DNA from: a virus
Lineage: Duplodnaviria; Caudoviricetes
DNA length: 64,000 bases
Reading direction: 5' to 3' (one strand)
IMG/VR virus record: IMGVR_UViG_3300033475_000014
Location: 1 to 64,000 of that record
Part shown: positions 6,218-15,821 of the stretch, one piece after another
Layout of the letters: every line of letters begins with the position of its first letter
Position numbering within the stretch: the stretch's first letter is position 1
Notes under the pieces: model-generated
Database searches by the model: none
What the model saw: the letters and a program-made list of their open reading frames with translations, nothing else
What the model was told of the DNA's origin: nothing
Translations under genes and position numbers: made by a program

Positions 6218-6523
6218 ATGGAAAGGAATATCTATTTAATGGCGGAAAGCATCGGAGAACTAGTTACTAGTAACAAGAAACTAGAAAAACTAGTAACTAG
6301 TAACAAGTTAACTAGTTTACAAATACAAGAAAGAGCTCTGGGCTACGCAGAGGGTCTTACATTGACGGAAGAGGGTAATGACCTAACAGGATGGTATTGT
6401 AAGGCTTTTAGGACAATAGGCGAGGGACGTTACAAGATGTGCGCCGACGCCGCGAGGAAAGGTGATAAACCTATGTCACTATTTGGATGGCTATTAAAGA
6501 GAGAAATGGAAAAGGCGCTGTGA
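6218..6523 (+). CDS. Hypothetical protein, possible replication-associated protein with internal iteron-like repeats
   Basis: ORF; LVTSNK repeat encoded by ACTAGT DNA repeats. Confidence 0.65.
   Translation: MERNIYLMAESIGELVTSNKKLEKLVTSNKLTSLQIQERALGYAEGLTLTEEGNDLTGWYCKAFRTIGEGRYKMCADAARKGDKPMSLFGWLLKREMEKAL
6258..6316. repeat. ACTAGT palindrome cluster / 20-bp direct repeat
   Basis: AACTAGTWACTAGTAACAAG at 6258-6277 and 6288-6307; five ACTAGT copies in total. Confidence 0.85.
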
Positions 6524-6906
6524 TAATTTATTGTACTGGATGTAGTAGAGATGTTGATGCTCGCCTTACTGATGGTAAAGAACGTTATCCACATCGTAAG
6601 GACTTATACGACATACCGTTTTGGAGATGCGATGCTTGCGGAAACTATGTAGGGTGCCATTACAAAACCAAAGAATCTACTAGACCACTAGGATGCATTG
6701 CTACACCTGAAATATTAGATGCACGTAAAAGACTTCATAGACTACTTGATCCCCTATGGAAGAATGGGAAGATTAATAGAAAAGAGGCTTATAAATATGT
6801 CTCGGACCGTTTAGGTTACCAATACCATAACGGGGAGATTAAGACACTCGAAGAAGCTCGTAATATCTATAGAATAGTGGCAGAGTTACACAACAGTCTA
6901 ATCTAA
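6520..6906 (+). CDS. DUF3268-like zinc-finger protein
   Basis: CxxC...CDACGNYVGCH...PLG...RKRLH..LD.LW pattern; GTG start overlapping the upstream TGA. Confidence 0.75.
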   Translation: MIIYCTGCSRDVDARLTDGKERYPHRKDLYDIPFWRCDACGNYVGCHYKTKESTRPLGCIATPEILDARKRLHRLLDPLWKNGKINRKEAYKYVSDRLGYQYHNGEIKTLEEARNIYRIVAELHNSLI

Positions 6907-6908
6907 AA

Positions 6909-6941
6909 TAAACAGCTCCCGTGTACTTAGGGAGCTGTTTA
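6909..6941. terminator. Bidirectional intrinsic terminator
   Basis: AAACAGCTCCC...GGGAGCTGTTT between convergent genes. Confidence 0.8.
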
Positions 6942-7001
6942 TGCCTTTAAACGGAATACTAGTCTTCCTGTGGCCTTTATATTATATCACTCTACCCTAC
7001 T

Positions 7002-7220
7002 TTACTCTATTTTACCATTCTTTAATATCTCATGGGTTTTACGATGAGCTGCAAGCACTTCTTTATGCCTACGTTCGTGGTTTGCCTCAGTTCTACGCTC
7101 AAATGCTCTTCCCCACAGGAATCCTAAAATACCTAATAAGGCAGACGCTATAAGATTCGAGTACAATCCTCCATAAGGGTATCCAAAGTTTTGGTTTAGA
7201 AACGCTACAAACTCTTTCAC
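7002..7220 (-). CDS. Single-TM lysis-region protein
   Basis: TM helix followed by a basic tail. Confidence 0.7.
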   Translation of the reverse strand: MKEFVAFLNQNFGYPYGGLYSNLIASALLGILGFLWGRAFERRTEANHERRHKEVLAAHRKTHEILKNGKIE

Positions 7221-7411
7221 TTCTTTACGTTAGGGAATTGATATACGGCAGCTGTACCGCCGAGCGCGACAATTACCGCTGTAATGATAGATGTTACGTC
7301 TTCTGTACTAAAGCCTCCAGGTGAAAGCTGTACTACTAGCTGAAGAATCTGTAACAATCCAACAACTCCAGCAATAATAGACTTTGTGTAAGGTTTTAGC
7401 TTATCAATCAT
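7217..7411 (-). CDS. Putative holin
   Basis: Two TM helices, next to the endolysin. Confidence 0.7.
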   Translation of the reverse strand: MIDKLKPYTKSIIAGVVGLLQILQLVVQLSPGGFSTEDVTSIITAVIVALGGTAAVYQFPNVKK

Positions 7412-8091
7412 TACACACCTCCTGACACGTATACGGTATTGTTATTGCCATCGTCTGGTCCTTCGGCTACGTATCGGCGTACACCACTATTTGACACATA
7501 ACTAAGCCACACATAACCGTTTGCTGTCACGTACCCATCATAGTTAAATGCTTGCCCCTTAGAATAAACAGCAACAGATGCACTGTTCTTATCTGGTGCA
7601 TTACGTACGTTCAACGCATCTACAAGTACAGTAGCCGTACCTTTCGCATTATGTAGACCACTTGGCGCAGATTCCTGTACAGTAAACTCTTGTGCAATCC
7701 TTGCCCCATCAACTGATAAAGACCAGCCAAGATAAACGGGTGCATAATTCCCGAACCACTGAAGTACTTCGTTAATACTTCGATATACAGGCCGTGCCTT
7801 AGTTTGAGTCTCGCTGTCGTGAATTTCTACCCATCCACCGCCATGGTTAAATGCCCATGCAATGTGTCCTAAGCCCGCGTAAGGCCCTTTAGTGAGCGAG
7901 AAGAAGATAGGCACCCATACACCCACTGGAAGATCACCAGAGCGCTTATCTGGATTTGAGTCCCAAGATGACTGAGCAGTTGGCTTCCTATTTGGAGCGT
8001 TAACCCCATCATCCACATATTTAAGACAGTACCCACGAGTAGCAGGAACATTAATGTTTGGGTAAGTAGATTGTCGTACTTCCGTAGCCAT
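7411..8091 (-). CDS. Endolysin (CHAP/NlpC-like peptidase plus SH3_5-type cell-wall-binding domain)
   Basis: GYCLKYV...GHIA catalytic Cys/His; LNVR.AP...YDGY...NGYVWLSY. Confidence 0.8.
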   Translation of the reverse strand: MATEVRQSTYPNINVPATRGYCLKYVDDGVNAPNRKPTAQSSWDSNPDKRSGDLPVGVWVPIFFSLTKGPYAGLGHIAWAFNHGGGWVEIHDSETQTKARPVYRSINEVLQWFGNYAPVYLGWSLSVDGARIAQEFTVQESAPSGLHNAKGTATVLVDALNVRNAPDKNSASVAVYSKGQAFNYDGYVTANGYVWLSYVSNSGVRRYVAEGPDDGNNNTVYVSGGV

Positions 8092-8170
8092 TATGATTTG
8101 TCCTCTGTAGGTTCTTTTGTATTATCAGAAGCCACAAAGATGTCATCTGACGTATGTAAATCGGTCATTA

Positions 8171-8671
8171 TTAGTTACCTCCTTGTAAATCTATTGTACA
8201 CTTAATATCTTGCCCGTTAAGTGATTGCCAGTTATCCGTATCTGAATAACGTACCTCCCATCTGTTCCTAACAGTATTACAGCGTATCTGCGGGGTTTTA
8301 CCATCTAATCCGATCGTACCATCATGGCCGTTCTTAACCGGGTTATTCGCAAAGTAGTTGTTCACTGCCTGCTGTACCTGTTGGTCGGTCGCACTCTGCC
8401 CATCAGTGCCGTCATGGCCATCTTTCACAGGGTTCTTAGCCATATACGAATCTACTGCCTGACTGATTTGCTGAGGGGTAGCGTTCTCCCCATTAATACC
8501 GTCCTTAGGCTTAGGTACGTTATTTAATTCAGTATGGATTTGGGATGTCACTGCATCTTCGAGGGTTTTCTTAAAAGTATCTCTCTGCTGCAATAGGATG
8601 AGAGTTGTAATAATACTTGCTGCTAATGATATAAGCAGTATAAACCAAGCTATGTATCTAAGCTTTTTCAT
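8171..8671 (-). CDS. TM-anchored collagen-like protein
   Basis: N-terminal TM; G-x-y repeats DGINGEN, DGHDGTDGQ. Confidence 0.75.
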   Translation of the reverse strand: MKKLRYIAWFILLISLAASIITTLILLQQRDTFKKTLEDAVTSQIHTELNNVPKPKDGINGENATPQQISQAVDSYMAKNPVKDGHDGTDGQSATDQQVQQAVNNYFANNPVKNGHDGTIGLDGKTPQIRCNTVRNRWEVRYSDTDNWQSLNGQDIKCTIDLQGGN

Positions 8672-8982
8672 TTCTTTAAGGCGAGGTACATGATTATCGC
8701 CTCCCCGATGATAATCACAGCCTCACCAACTATCGTCCTAAATAACCAATTAATATTCCTTTTTAAGGGGCCGTATTCTAGGTGTATCTTTTCGACTTCT
8801 TCTTTTATCTTTTCATTAGTATTTTGCTCACTTGCGGAAAGTTGGGAAGTAGTAACGAGACCACTTGTCTGGGTTAGGAGCGTATCGAGCTTACCGTTAA
8901 CTTCAAGAACCTTGTTCATCACAGCATCAAGCTGGTAGACTTTTGCTGGCTGTTCAGATTCTGCTTGTGAGCGCTGTTCCAC
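8668..8982 (-). CDS. Coiled-coil protein with C-terminal TM (lysis accessory)
   Basis: Hydrophobic C-terminus. Confidence 0.7.
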   Translation of the reverse strand: MEQRSQAESEQPAKVYQLDAVMNKVLEVNGKLDTLLTQTSGLVTTSQLSASEQNTNEKIKEEVEKIHLEYGPLKRNINWLFRTIVGEAVIIIGEAIIMYLALKK

Positions 8983-8984
8983 TT

Positions 8985-9353
8985 CTAGTCCCCGTATGCA
9001 ATAAAGTCTACCGTTAGTGTGGCATCATAATTATCGAAGGTCATGTTGATCTCGCCTTGTGGAAGGCCAGTAACATATCCTGCGAGCTTACGTGTACTTG
9101 TACCGCTCACATTCCTATAGTGCATGATTGCATAAGTTGTAGAACGGTAGGATTCACGTTTTGTACTATCAACAAGAATAGACTTAGAGCGATTCTTAAC
9201 TCCGTCGCTAAACCCTGTTGATGCTTCTGCACTACTTGTAGTGCTAGGTGTTACCTGAAAAGACACACCACGTACATTCATTGTATAGTCATCAAGACTA
9301 ACTGATACTGTTCCACTGTTAACAGTGAATGAGCCTACTTCAACCTTAGACAT
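8985..9353 (-). CDS. Small beta-rich virion-associated protein
   Basis: Ser/Thr/Val-rich; positional counterpart at 48596-48985. Confidence 0.65.
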   Translation of the reverse strand: MSKVEVGSFTVNSGTVSVSLDDYTMNVRGVSFQVTPSTTSSAEASTGFSDGVKNRSKSILVDSTKRESYRSTTYAIMHYRNVSGTSTRKLAGYVTGLPQGEINMTFDNYDATLTVDFIAYGD

Positions 9354-9547
9354 TAGAGCTTCCCCGCTTTACGAAGCTTCTGAAACATGGCTCCCGCTAC
9401 ACGCTCACCTGCTTCTTTAGAGCCGTATTCTTTTTCGGCTTTTTCGGCTACCTTTTGGAAGCCCTTACCAGGTTTGCCCATATCTTTACCACTACGAGCC
9501 ATTTTTGCAGCTTTAGCTTTTGATAACACTTTCTTCATATCTTTCAT
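9353..9547 (-). CDS. Small basic phage protein
   Basis: SD AGGAG; first gene after a promoter-terminator module. Confidence 0.7.
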   Translation of the reverse strand: MKDMKKVLSKAKAAKMARSGKDMGKPGKGFQKVAEKAEKEYGSKEAGERVAGAMFQKLRKAGKL

Positions 9548-9561
9548 AGGTATCTCCTATT

Positions 9562-9607
9562 AAAAACAACCGCACTGATGCGGCTGTTGCCTTATACCGT
9601 GATTATA
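9562..9607 (-). promoter_or_regulatory. Late promoter-terminator module 1
   Basis: TATAAT-CACGG-TATAAGG-hairpin-T tract. Confidence 0.7.
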
Positions 9608-9614
9608 TAGTATA

Positions 9615-9899
9615 GTGCGAGGTATGCAAAGAGTTATAACACCTGAACAAGGACGTGTACTCGTAAAACTTGATACATCTGAGTATGGTGAGGTACCAGT
9701 GCCTGAAAAAACCTATGATAGTGTGACAAGCGGTACTATCCTAGCAATCAATGAGAACGATGTAGATTACCAATATTTAGTAGGTCGTAAAGGCTACTGG
9801 AAATTGTACAAAGACGATCTACGTGTAGCGAAGCTCCCTACTGGAGAGAAACTAGCACTTATATTAATTAAAGATATTGATGGGACATCCGAAGAATGA
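9615..9899 (+). CDS. groES: GroES-like co-chaperonin
   Basis: P..GRVLVK...G.ILAI...VG...Y...E.LALI.I.DI pattern; ATGA overlap with groEL. Confidence 0.75.
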   Translation: MRGMQRVITPEQGRVLVKLDTSEYGEVPVPEKTYDSVTSGTILAINENDVDYQYLVGRKGYWKLYKDDLRVAKLPTGEKLALILIKDIDGTSEE

Positions 9900-11419
9900 A
9901 AGCAACCGACATTGTAACTGAGAGAGATGTACTACAGAATAAAATCGGTAGGGCTAGCGAGCAAGTATATAATGTAGCTAAAGCAGCCTATGGCCCAAAA
10001 GCAGGGAATGTTATTGTAGGATTTAAAACAGGCGCTCCACTTCTCTCTAGGGACGGTGTGACCAATATTAAGAGAATTAAACTCGCCGACCCTATCGAAG
10101 ACGATATTGCTAAGGTTATTGTTACCGCTTCTGAGAAAAACAACCAGAAGGTGGGTGATGGTACGACAGCAGTTGTTATACTCTCGCACCATCTTCTACA
10201 GGCCGCTCGTAAGCTTGAGAGCAAGGGAGTGAATCCTATGGAAGTTTCAGAAAAACTCCGCCACGCTGAAAAAACAGTTATTGAATACATTGATTCAGTT
10301 AAGAAGAAAACCACCGAAGAAGACCTTACTAAGGTAGCTACCGTATCATCAGGCGACCCAGAACTAGGCGCAATGATCTCTGATGTACTCCAGGAGGTTG
10401 GCGTAGATGGCGGGGTAATGATTGAGCAATACGAAGGGCTTGGTGTCCATAACGATATTGTTGATGGCTTCTACTTCCCCCGTGGGTATAAAGATACTGC
10501 TCTTATTAACGACCAGTCTTCTAATCAATCTCTCCACAAGGATGTAGCTATTCTTATTTCTAATAAAGTATTCAACACAGAAGTAGAAATCGCCCCCGTC
10601 ATTAATGAGATCGTCCGTGCAGGATATAAAGAACTTATCATCGTGGGTGAGGTGAATAACGCCGCTCTTGAAACACTCTTAATGTCACGCGCTAAAGGAC
10701 TTCTTCTAGCTGTTCCCGTAGACCCTCCCTACACTGTGGGCGGTCGCACTCTATTTTTAGACGATATTGCTATTAAAACAGGTGCAACCGTATATGATGG
10801 GGTTAATTTCTCTGTAGAGAATCATTTAGGGTTCGCTAGTGAAGTTCTAGTAACTGAGCACTCAACTACTATCCTAGAGGGCGACAGTGAAAAAGAGCTT
10901 GTAAAAGACCGTATCAAAAGCCTTAAAGAACAACTCAAAGACGAAGAACACCCACAGGCCATTCAATTCATTAAAGAACGTCTTGCACGCCTTACGGGTA
11001 AAATGGCTATTATACGCGTAGGTGGAGCTATTGAGTTTGAGCGTGAAGAGACTAAGCTACGTGTTCAAGACGCAGTATGCGCTGTACAGTCTGCTATGAA
11101 AGACGGAATCTTGCCAGGGGGTGGCTCTACTCTTGCTCGCGTAAGTGGTACCGAGTTTGACGAAGCGTTTAAACAACCATTTAAAGTTCTCTTCGATAAT
11201 GCAGGTCTTAACCCAGAATCTTACTTAGCCCGTTTAGAAGACGCAGAAGTGTGGCAAGGATTTAATCTCCGAAACATTACAGAGAAACCTGTGGATATGC
11301 TTACAGAAGGCGTTATTGACCCATCTTTGGTTATCACTGAGGTTGTCACTAACGCTGTCGCATTAGTAAGGGGTCTTATTACAGCAAGCGCCGCTTTGCC
11401 TGACCCAGAAAAGGAGTAA
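9896..11419 (+). CDS. groEL: GroEL-like chaperonin (divergent, no GGM tail)
   Basis: YGPKAGNV, RDGVT, VGDGTT, R.ARL.GK.AIIRVGG, RVQDAV.A, GILPGGG, GVIDP motifs. Confidence 0.95.
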   Translation: MKATDIVTERDVLQNKIGRASEQVYNVAKAAYGPKAGNVIVGFKTGAPLLSRDGVTNIKRIKLADPIEDDIAKVIVTASEKNNQKVGDGTTAVVILSHHLLQAARKLESKGVNPMEVSEKLRHAEKTVIEYIDSVKKKTTEEDLTKVATVSSGDPELGAMISDVLQEVGVDGGVMIEQYEGLGVHNDIVDGFYFPRGYKDTALINDQSSNQSLHKDVAILISNKVFNTEVEIAPVINEIVRAGYKELIIVGEVNNAALETLLMSRAKGLLLAVPVDPPYTVGGRTLFLDDIAIKTGATVYDGVNFSVENHLGFASEVLVTEHSTTILEGDSEKELVKDRIKSLKEQLKDEEHPQAIQFIKERLARLTGKMAIIRVGGAIEFEREETKLRVQDAVCAVQSAMKDGILPGGGSTLARVSGTEFDEAFKQPFKVLFDNAGLNPESYLARLEDAEVWQGFNLRNITEKPVDMLTEGVIDPSLVITEVVTNAVALVRGLITASAALPDPEKE

Positions 11420-11420
11420 T

Positions 11421-11663
11421 ATGCTTTATTTAATCGTTGGACTTCTCATAGGGCTTTCAACGGGTATTCATTTAGGCATTTATTTAGATAATATTTCTAA
11501 GCTCTCTAAAAAGATATGGGACCGCGATCCTGAGCCAGAAGCAAAAGTCATCACCCCCAAGGCACCTGGATATGCAGACGTTACTGATTTGTCTGCTATT
11601 GTTTCCCCTAAGACTCCTTACCAATTAGAGCGCGAAGAACAGGAACGAGCTAGGAATATATGA
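11421..11663 (+). CDS. Single-TM protein
   Basis: Hydrophobic N-terminus. Confidence 0.65.
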   Translation: MLYLIVGLLIGLSTGIHLGIYLDNISKLSKKIWDRDPEPEAKVITPKAPGYADVTDLSAIVSPKTPYQLEREEQERARNI

Positions 11664-11908
11664 AAACAACTGGATATATCGGCACTGATGGAAAATATCA
11701 TAGGGGTGAAGATAAGGCCATGGGTTTTGATATAAACCCTACCCATAAAGAGTGGCGACATGACCTCGAACGAAAGCAATTCGCCAAGGAGATTATCCAA
11801 CCATATAAAGCAGGTAAAGCGAATCCTGAGTTTGTTAGGAACTACCCAGAAGAATCTAAAAAGTATTTTAGTGAAGATGTAATAGAGAGGATTAGTAGGG
11901 AGTTGTAA
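11660..11908 (+). CDS. Hypothetical protein
   Basis: Translationally coupled ORF. Confidence 0.65.
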   Translation: MKTTGYIGTDGKYHRGEDKAMGFDINPTHKEWRHDLERKQFAKEIIQPYKAGKANPEFVRNYPEESKKYFSEDVIERISREL

Positions 11909-12099
11909 TGGACGTATCAAACCTTAATACTACGCAGGAATTAAACGAGCTATTAGACTCACTAGATACTTTACCTACAGAGCTATTTATAAATAAAGAA
12001 ATGGACGATGCTATTGCAGACCTTCGTATATCCTCACACCCTGTTGGTAATGATATACGATTCCGAGGTATCCACTGTACATTAGCTAGAAGGCCATAA
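11908..12099 (+). CDS. Hypothetical protein
   Basis: TAATG coupling. Confidence 0.6.
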   Translation: MDVSNLNTTQELNELLDSLDTLPTELFINKEMDDAIADLRISSHPVGNDIRFRGIHCTLARRP

Positions 12100-12108
12100 A
12101 GGAGGAAT

Positions 12109-12357
12109 ATGAGCACAAAGATTAAAAAGCAGCTTGAGGAAGTAGAGAAGAAGTTTATTATTGATGACACTGACTTCTCATATCTTACTAACTTAGACAA
12201 TGTACAACGTGGCTCAGACTATTGGTTTAACCAATTGAAGACTGAGTATATAAAGCAAGTAGCCGTTAAATTAGGCTACTCGCTTGAAGATAAATTAGAG
12301 TTTAGCATTGATCTCAAATCGCCAGACAAAGAACTGACGATTAAGAAGCTTAGCTAG
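12109..12357 (+). CDS. Hypothetical protein
   Basis: SD AAGGAGG. Confidence 0.7.
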   Translation: MSTKIKKQLEEVEKKFIIDDTDFSYLTNLDNVQRGSDYWFNQLKTEYIKQVAVKLGYSLEDKLEFSIDLKSPDKELTIKKLS

Positions 12358-14299
12358 GTAAAGCGCCCGCCATACCACCAAGAACACTCTGTCGCATGCC
12401 GGCAGTTTGTTCGTTTTGTAGGAGACTAGGAAGAAGCTGTTGTGCGGCTTCTGGAGATATTCCAAGAGTCTTAGCAAGTTGGGCCGCGACAGCTGCTTGC
12501 TCACCTCTGTAGGCGTTAGCGGCGGTGCCTGGTATGAACCCTGAAATTACACTACCGATTCCACCAAGGCCCTGTGCTCCACCAGCGTTAGCAAATCCTG
12601 CGGGAAGTGCACCCAGCTCGTTCTGTAAAAGAGCGTTAGTCTGAAGTTGTGGTGCAACGCTAGATAGGACAGACGTAGCACCAGGGTTAAGTTGCGGTGC
12701 CAGGATTGCCTGTGACTGCATAGCATCAATAATGTCACTTAGCCTGTTTTGTGGTTGGCCTCCTCCATTCATAGTTTCTCCTTGTAATGTATTAGGTGTG
12801 CTGATGGCTCCAGTTGGTTCTGCACCCATGTTAGGTGCATTAACGGCTAGGACGCCTCCGGCACGTCCTAGAGTATCCATGAGCTTTTGTGCTTTCTCAT
12901 TCCCTATAGTCTTAGATAGTTTTGCTAGTGTGCCCGTGCCAGCAACATTTGCTGCATTAGAACCTAATACTTTAGGAGCAATCATGCCAGCCGCCATACC
13001 TACAGGTCCGCCGACAGACATACCAGCTACAGGTCCGCCGACTTTTAATAGGTCAGGAATATTAGTACCGCCTGATGTATTAGCTTTATTCTGAGCAAAT
13101 TCTAGTGCCTGATTAGCGATAACCTCAGGTTTCTGTGCAGTTCGTAGCTCACCGATAGTACCAGCATTATTAATCTCATTTACCTTATTCTGGTAATAGG
13201 TCGGGTTAATCTCTTTCAAAGGCGCAAGTTCGTCAATAGCTGTCTGGCGTACCTGGTCGGTAATACCCGTTTTACCAATCGCTGTACCCTCACCGTAGAG
13301 AGAATCTTTAATAGTGTTAGAAATATTACGCAGTGCTTTACCCTGTAATTGTACCTCTGGAGAGCGTGAGCCAATCCATTCGGCAGCCCGCGAGTCCATC
13401 GCCTTAGTCATATTAAGCGCATCAATAGGGTGTTGAGCGTTCAGCACACCATTGTCAAAACTGTTTACAACGCCACCACCTTTACGTGCTGGAATACTCT
13501 TAATGGCGTCTTGGTTGTACTTCTCAAGCTGTCCTTGTACGAACTGCTGCACACTATTGACAGACTTAGAGTCGCCTGCAATACCCGCCTCGCGTACAGC
13601 ATTAAGTACTGTGTTGCCTGGCATACCTTTACTAGCAGTAGCGAGGCTGCTTAAGTCTAATCTTGTACCCTGTTCGCCAGCGTTCAGTAGGGAGTTATTA
13701 ACTGCATTTGAAAACGCCCCATTCTCTCCAGTTACAACAGGATGAATCTGGCCCATTTGTCGTAGGTCTGTAACGCCATTCCTATAAAGGTAATCGGCAG
13801 TTGCTTTGTCTAGTGCTCCTTGACCTTGACCTTGTACAAGAGAAGTCGCCGCTTTATCGGCAGCCGGCTTAACAACTCCTTTTAGGACTTTACCTGCGCC
13901 CTTCACAATAGCCCCACCTGCTAGGTTACCAGCAGCGCCTGTGAGACCAGCGCCAAGAATATCACCCCCAGATAGCTCTTTACCAGCTGCTGCTTCGTCT
14001 GCCGCCTTGCCTGCTGCACTACCTATCCCAGACAGCGCAGTACTTGCTAAGAGAGAGGCTCCTCCTGTTTCTGGAGCTAATAGCGCGCCAAGAACGGGCA
14101 GTGCAATACCGCCTACCGTTGACCAGAAATCGCCAGATTGTTTAGGTTGCTCTGTTTGCTGCGGTTGTTGCTGTAGAGCCTGATTAAGAGCGTCAGCAGA
14201 CACACCCTTTGCAAGGTTTTCTTTTGCCCAGTCTGAGTACTGCCCGAACTGCCCTGGGTCTACTGTTAGGTTCTGTGGTTGAGTAGGTTGATTATTCAT
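12350..14299 (-). CDS. Internal virion / DNA ejection protein
   Basis: Gly/Ala-rich amphipathic segments (GGIALPVLGALLAPETGG); position after nozzle and tail genes. Confidence 0.7.
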   Translation of the reverse strand: MNNQPTQPQNLTVDPGQFGQYSDWAKENLAKGVSADALNQALQQQPQQTEQPKQSGDFWSTVGGIALPVLGALLAPETGGASLLASTALSGIGSAAGKAADEAAAGKELSGGDILGAGLTGAAGNLAGGAIVKGAGKVLKGVVKPAADKAATSLVQGQGQGALDKATADYLYRNGVTDLRQMGQIHPVVTGENGAFSNAVNNSLLNAGEQGTRLDLSSLATASKGMPGNTVLNAVREAGIAGDSKSVNSVQQFVQGQLEKYNQDAIKSIPARKGGGVVNSFDNGVLNAQHPIDALNMTKAMDSRAAEWIGSRSPEVQLQGKALRNISNTIKDSLYGEGTAIGKTGITDQVRQTAIDELAPLKEINPTYYQNKVNEINNAGTIGELRTAQKPEVIANQALEFAQNKANTSGGTNIPDLLKVGGPVAGMSVGGPVGMAAGMIAPKVLGSNAANVAGTGTLAKLSKTIGNEKAQKLMDTLGRAGGVLAVNAPNMGAEPTGAISTPNTLQGETMNGGGQPQNRLSDIIDAMQSQAILAPQLNPGATSVLSSVAPQLQTNALLQNELGALPAGFANAGGAQGLGGIGSVISGFIPGTAANAYRGEQAAVAAQLAKTLGISPEAAQQLLPSLLQNEQTAGMRQSVLGGMAGALPS

Positions 14300-14302
14300 A
14301 TT

Positions 14303-15232
14303 CTATCCAAGTAGCCAATGGCCGAATGTCCCAAGTGACTGCTCCATAGGTGCAGCGAACTGCCCAAGGAAACCATTACCCAATGGGTTAGACTTCTTTG
14401 GAGCTGCTTTATTGGCAACAGGAGCGCTTGGTGTAGGGCCGGATGCGTTACCGTATTTAAGTTGATTCTGGTAGGCTTGCGAGTCCATGTAGTTTCGACT
14501 CTGCTGATTCGACAAAGCTTGTGCCTCAGCCTGCTTAGCAAGTAAGTTAGCCTGCGCATATGCCGCAGAAGAAGCTGCGTAAGTTTGCCTGAGCTGTCCG
14601 AATGTAGCTTGATCTTGCGCTGTAAGTTGCTGGCCATTCTGTTGTGCAGCAATCATTGCTTGCATCTGTTGCTGAGTTGTAGCCATCACTTGAGCCGCGT
14701 TATTTGCCGCTGCTGTATACGCCTGCCTCTGCTGGTCCTGCCCCTGAAGGACAGCTTGTGTGCCTTGTTGAGCCCCCGTAAGTCCCCCTTGCTGCTTGGC
14801 TAGCTGGTTGGCAGCGTTTTGGTTAGCGAGCTGAAGCGACTGATTCAAATTAGCGCCAGTAGTAGCCATCTGGTTGGCAACGTTCCCTGCTGTTGCACCA
14901 TAGTTAGCATTAGAAGCCTGTAACGCACGAGGAAGGCCACCGAGAATGCCTGTAAGTTGCGATACCTGATTCTGGGCTTGATTTAGGTTGTTAACGTCAT
15001 ACCCGGCGTTTTGGTTAGCAAGTTGGAGTTGCTTTTGGTATGCATCGTTACCGCTCACCATATTCTTAGTAAAGTTAGTGAGGTCGCCTTGTGCCTGGTT
15101 AGCAGCGTTGTAGGCGGTGTTATATTGGTTTGTGGCGTTCTGAGCGTTTTGGTTATAGAAATTCTGAAGCTGAGTATCCTGCTGATACTTTTCTGCTTGC
15201 ATTTGATCTATTGAAGGTAGTGATAGTGGCAT
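14303..15232 (-). CDS. Internal virion / DNA ejection protein (Gln/Asn/Ala-rich helical)
   Basis: Composition and position. Confidence 0.7.
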   Translation of the reverse strand: MPLSLPSIDQMQAEKYQQDTQLQNFYNQNAQNATNQYNTAYNAANQAQGDLTNFTKNMVSGNDAYQKQLQLANQNAGYDVNNLNQAQNQVSQLTGILGGLPRALQASNANYGATAGNVANQMATTGANLNQSLQLANQNAANQLAKQQGGLTGAQQGTQAVLQGQDQQRQAYTAAANNAAQVMATTQQQMQAMIAAQQNGQQLTAQDQATFGQLRQTYAASSAAYAQANLLAKQAEAQALSNQQSRNYMDSQAYQNQLKYGNASGPTPSAPVANKAAPKKSNPLGNGFLGQFAAPMEQSLGTFGHWLLG

Positions 15233-15240
15233 TTTCTTAT

Positions 15241-15286
15241 AATAAAAAGCCGCTTCGTGCGGCTCTTACCTTATGCCATTATTGTA
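15241..15286 (-). promoter_or_regulatory. Late promoter-terminator module 2
   Basis: TGGTACAAT-AATGG-CATAAGG-hairpin-T5. Confidence 0.7.
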
Positions 15287-15302
15287 CCATAAAATACAAA
15301 AA

Positions 15303-15821
15303 TCAAACGTGAGATGGAACCGAAGTGGCGTCAAGCCCTTCGACGAATATATATGCACGTACATTTACGGTGAACCCGATGATATTAGGAGGCGAGTTAC
15401 TTCCTGTATTAGTCCACTGTTTGTCTATATAGAAATTCACATAAGTGCTGTCTACTTCCGCCTCAAACTTTGCGATTTGTGCTGATGCACCACTCGCGTT
15501 ACCCAAAAGCCATGCACCCTCCGATCCTAGAACGGTGGCGAAGTTATCAGTAGAAACAAGAAACCACGAAGATGGCTCGTAAGTATAGCCGTGTTTGTAT
15601 CGGTAGATAAGAGTCTTCTTTGTTGTCGTCGTTCCAGGACCGCCTGTAGGGTTTGGAGGTTCAGTATTAAAGAACACCGTAATAATCTGGAAACTATTCT
15701 TATTAGTTGAGTCTAGCTTAGCAAATGGATATTTTGTGTTAAACGTGAGGTGTTGCCCCTCAGCTGTCGTTAAAGAGGTGCTTGGTGCAGATACAGAAAT
15801 AGGACCGAGATCGTTGCGCAT
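15303..15821 (-). CDS. Minor tail protein
   Basis: Beta-rich ORF in the tail module. Confidence 0.7.
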   Translation of the reverse strand: MRNDLGPISVSAPSTSLTTAEGQHLTFNTKYPFAKLDSTNKNSFQIITVFFNTEPPNPTGGPGTTTTKKTLIYRYKHGYTYEPSSWFLVSTDNFATVLGSEGAWLLGNASGASAQIAKFEAEVDSTYVNFYIDKQWTNTGSNSPPNIIGFTVNVRAYIFVEGLDATSVPSHV

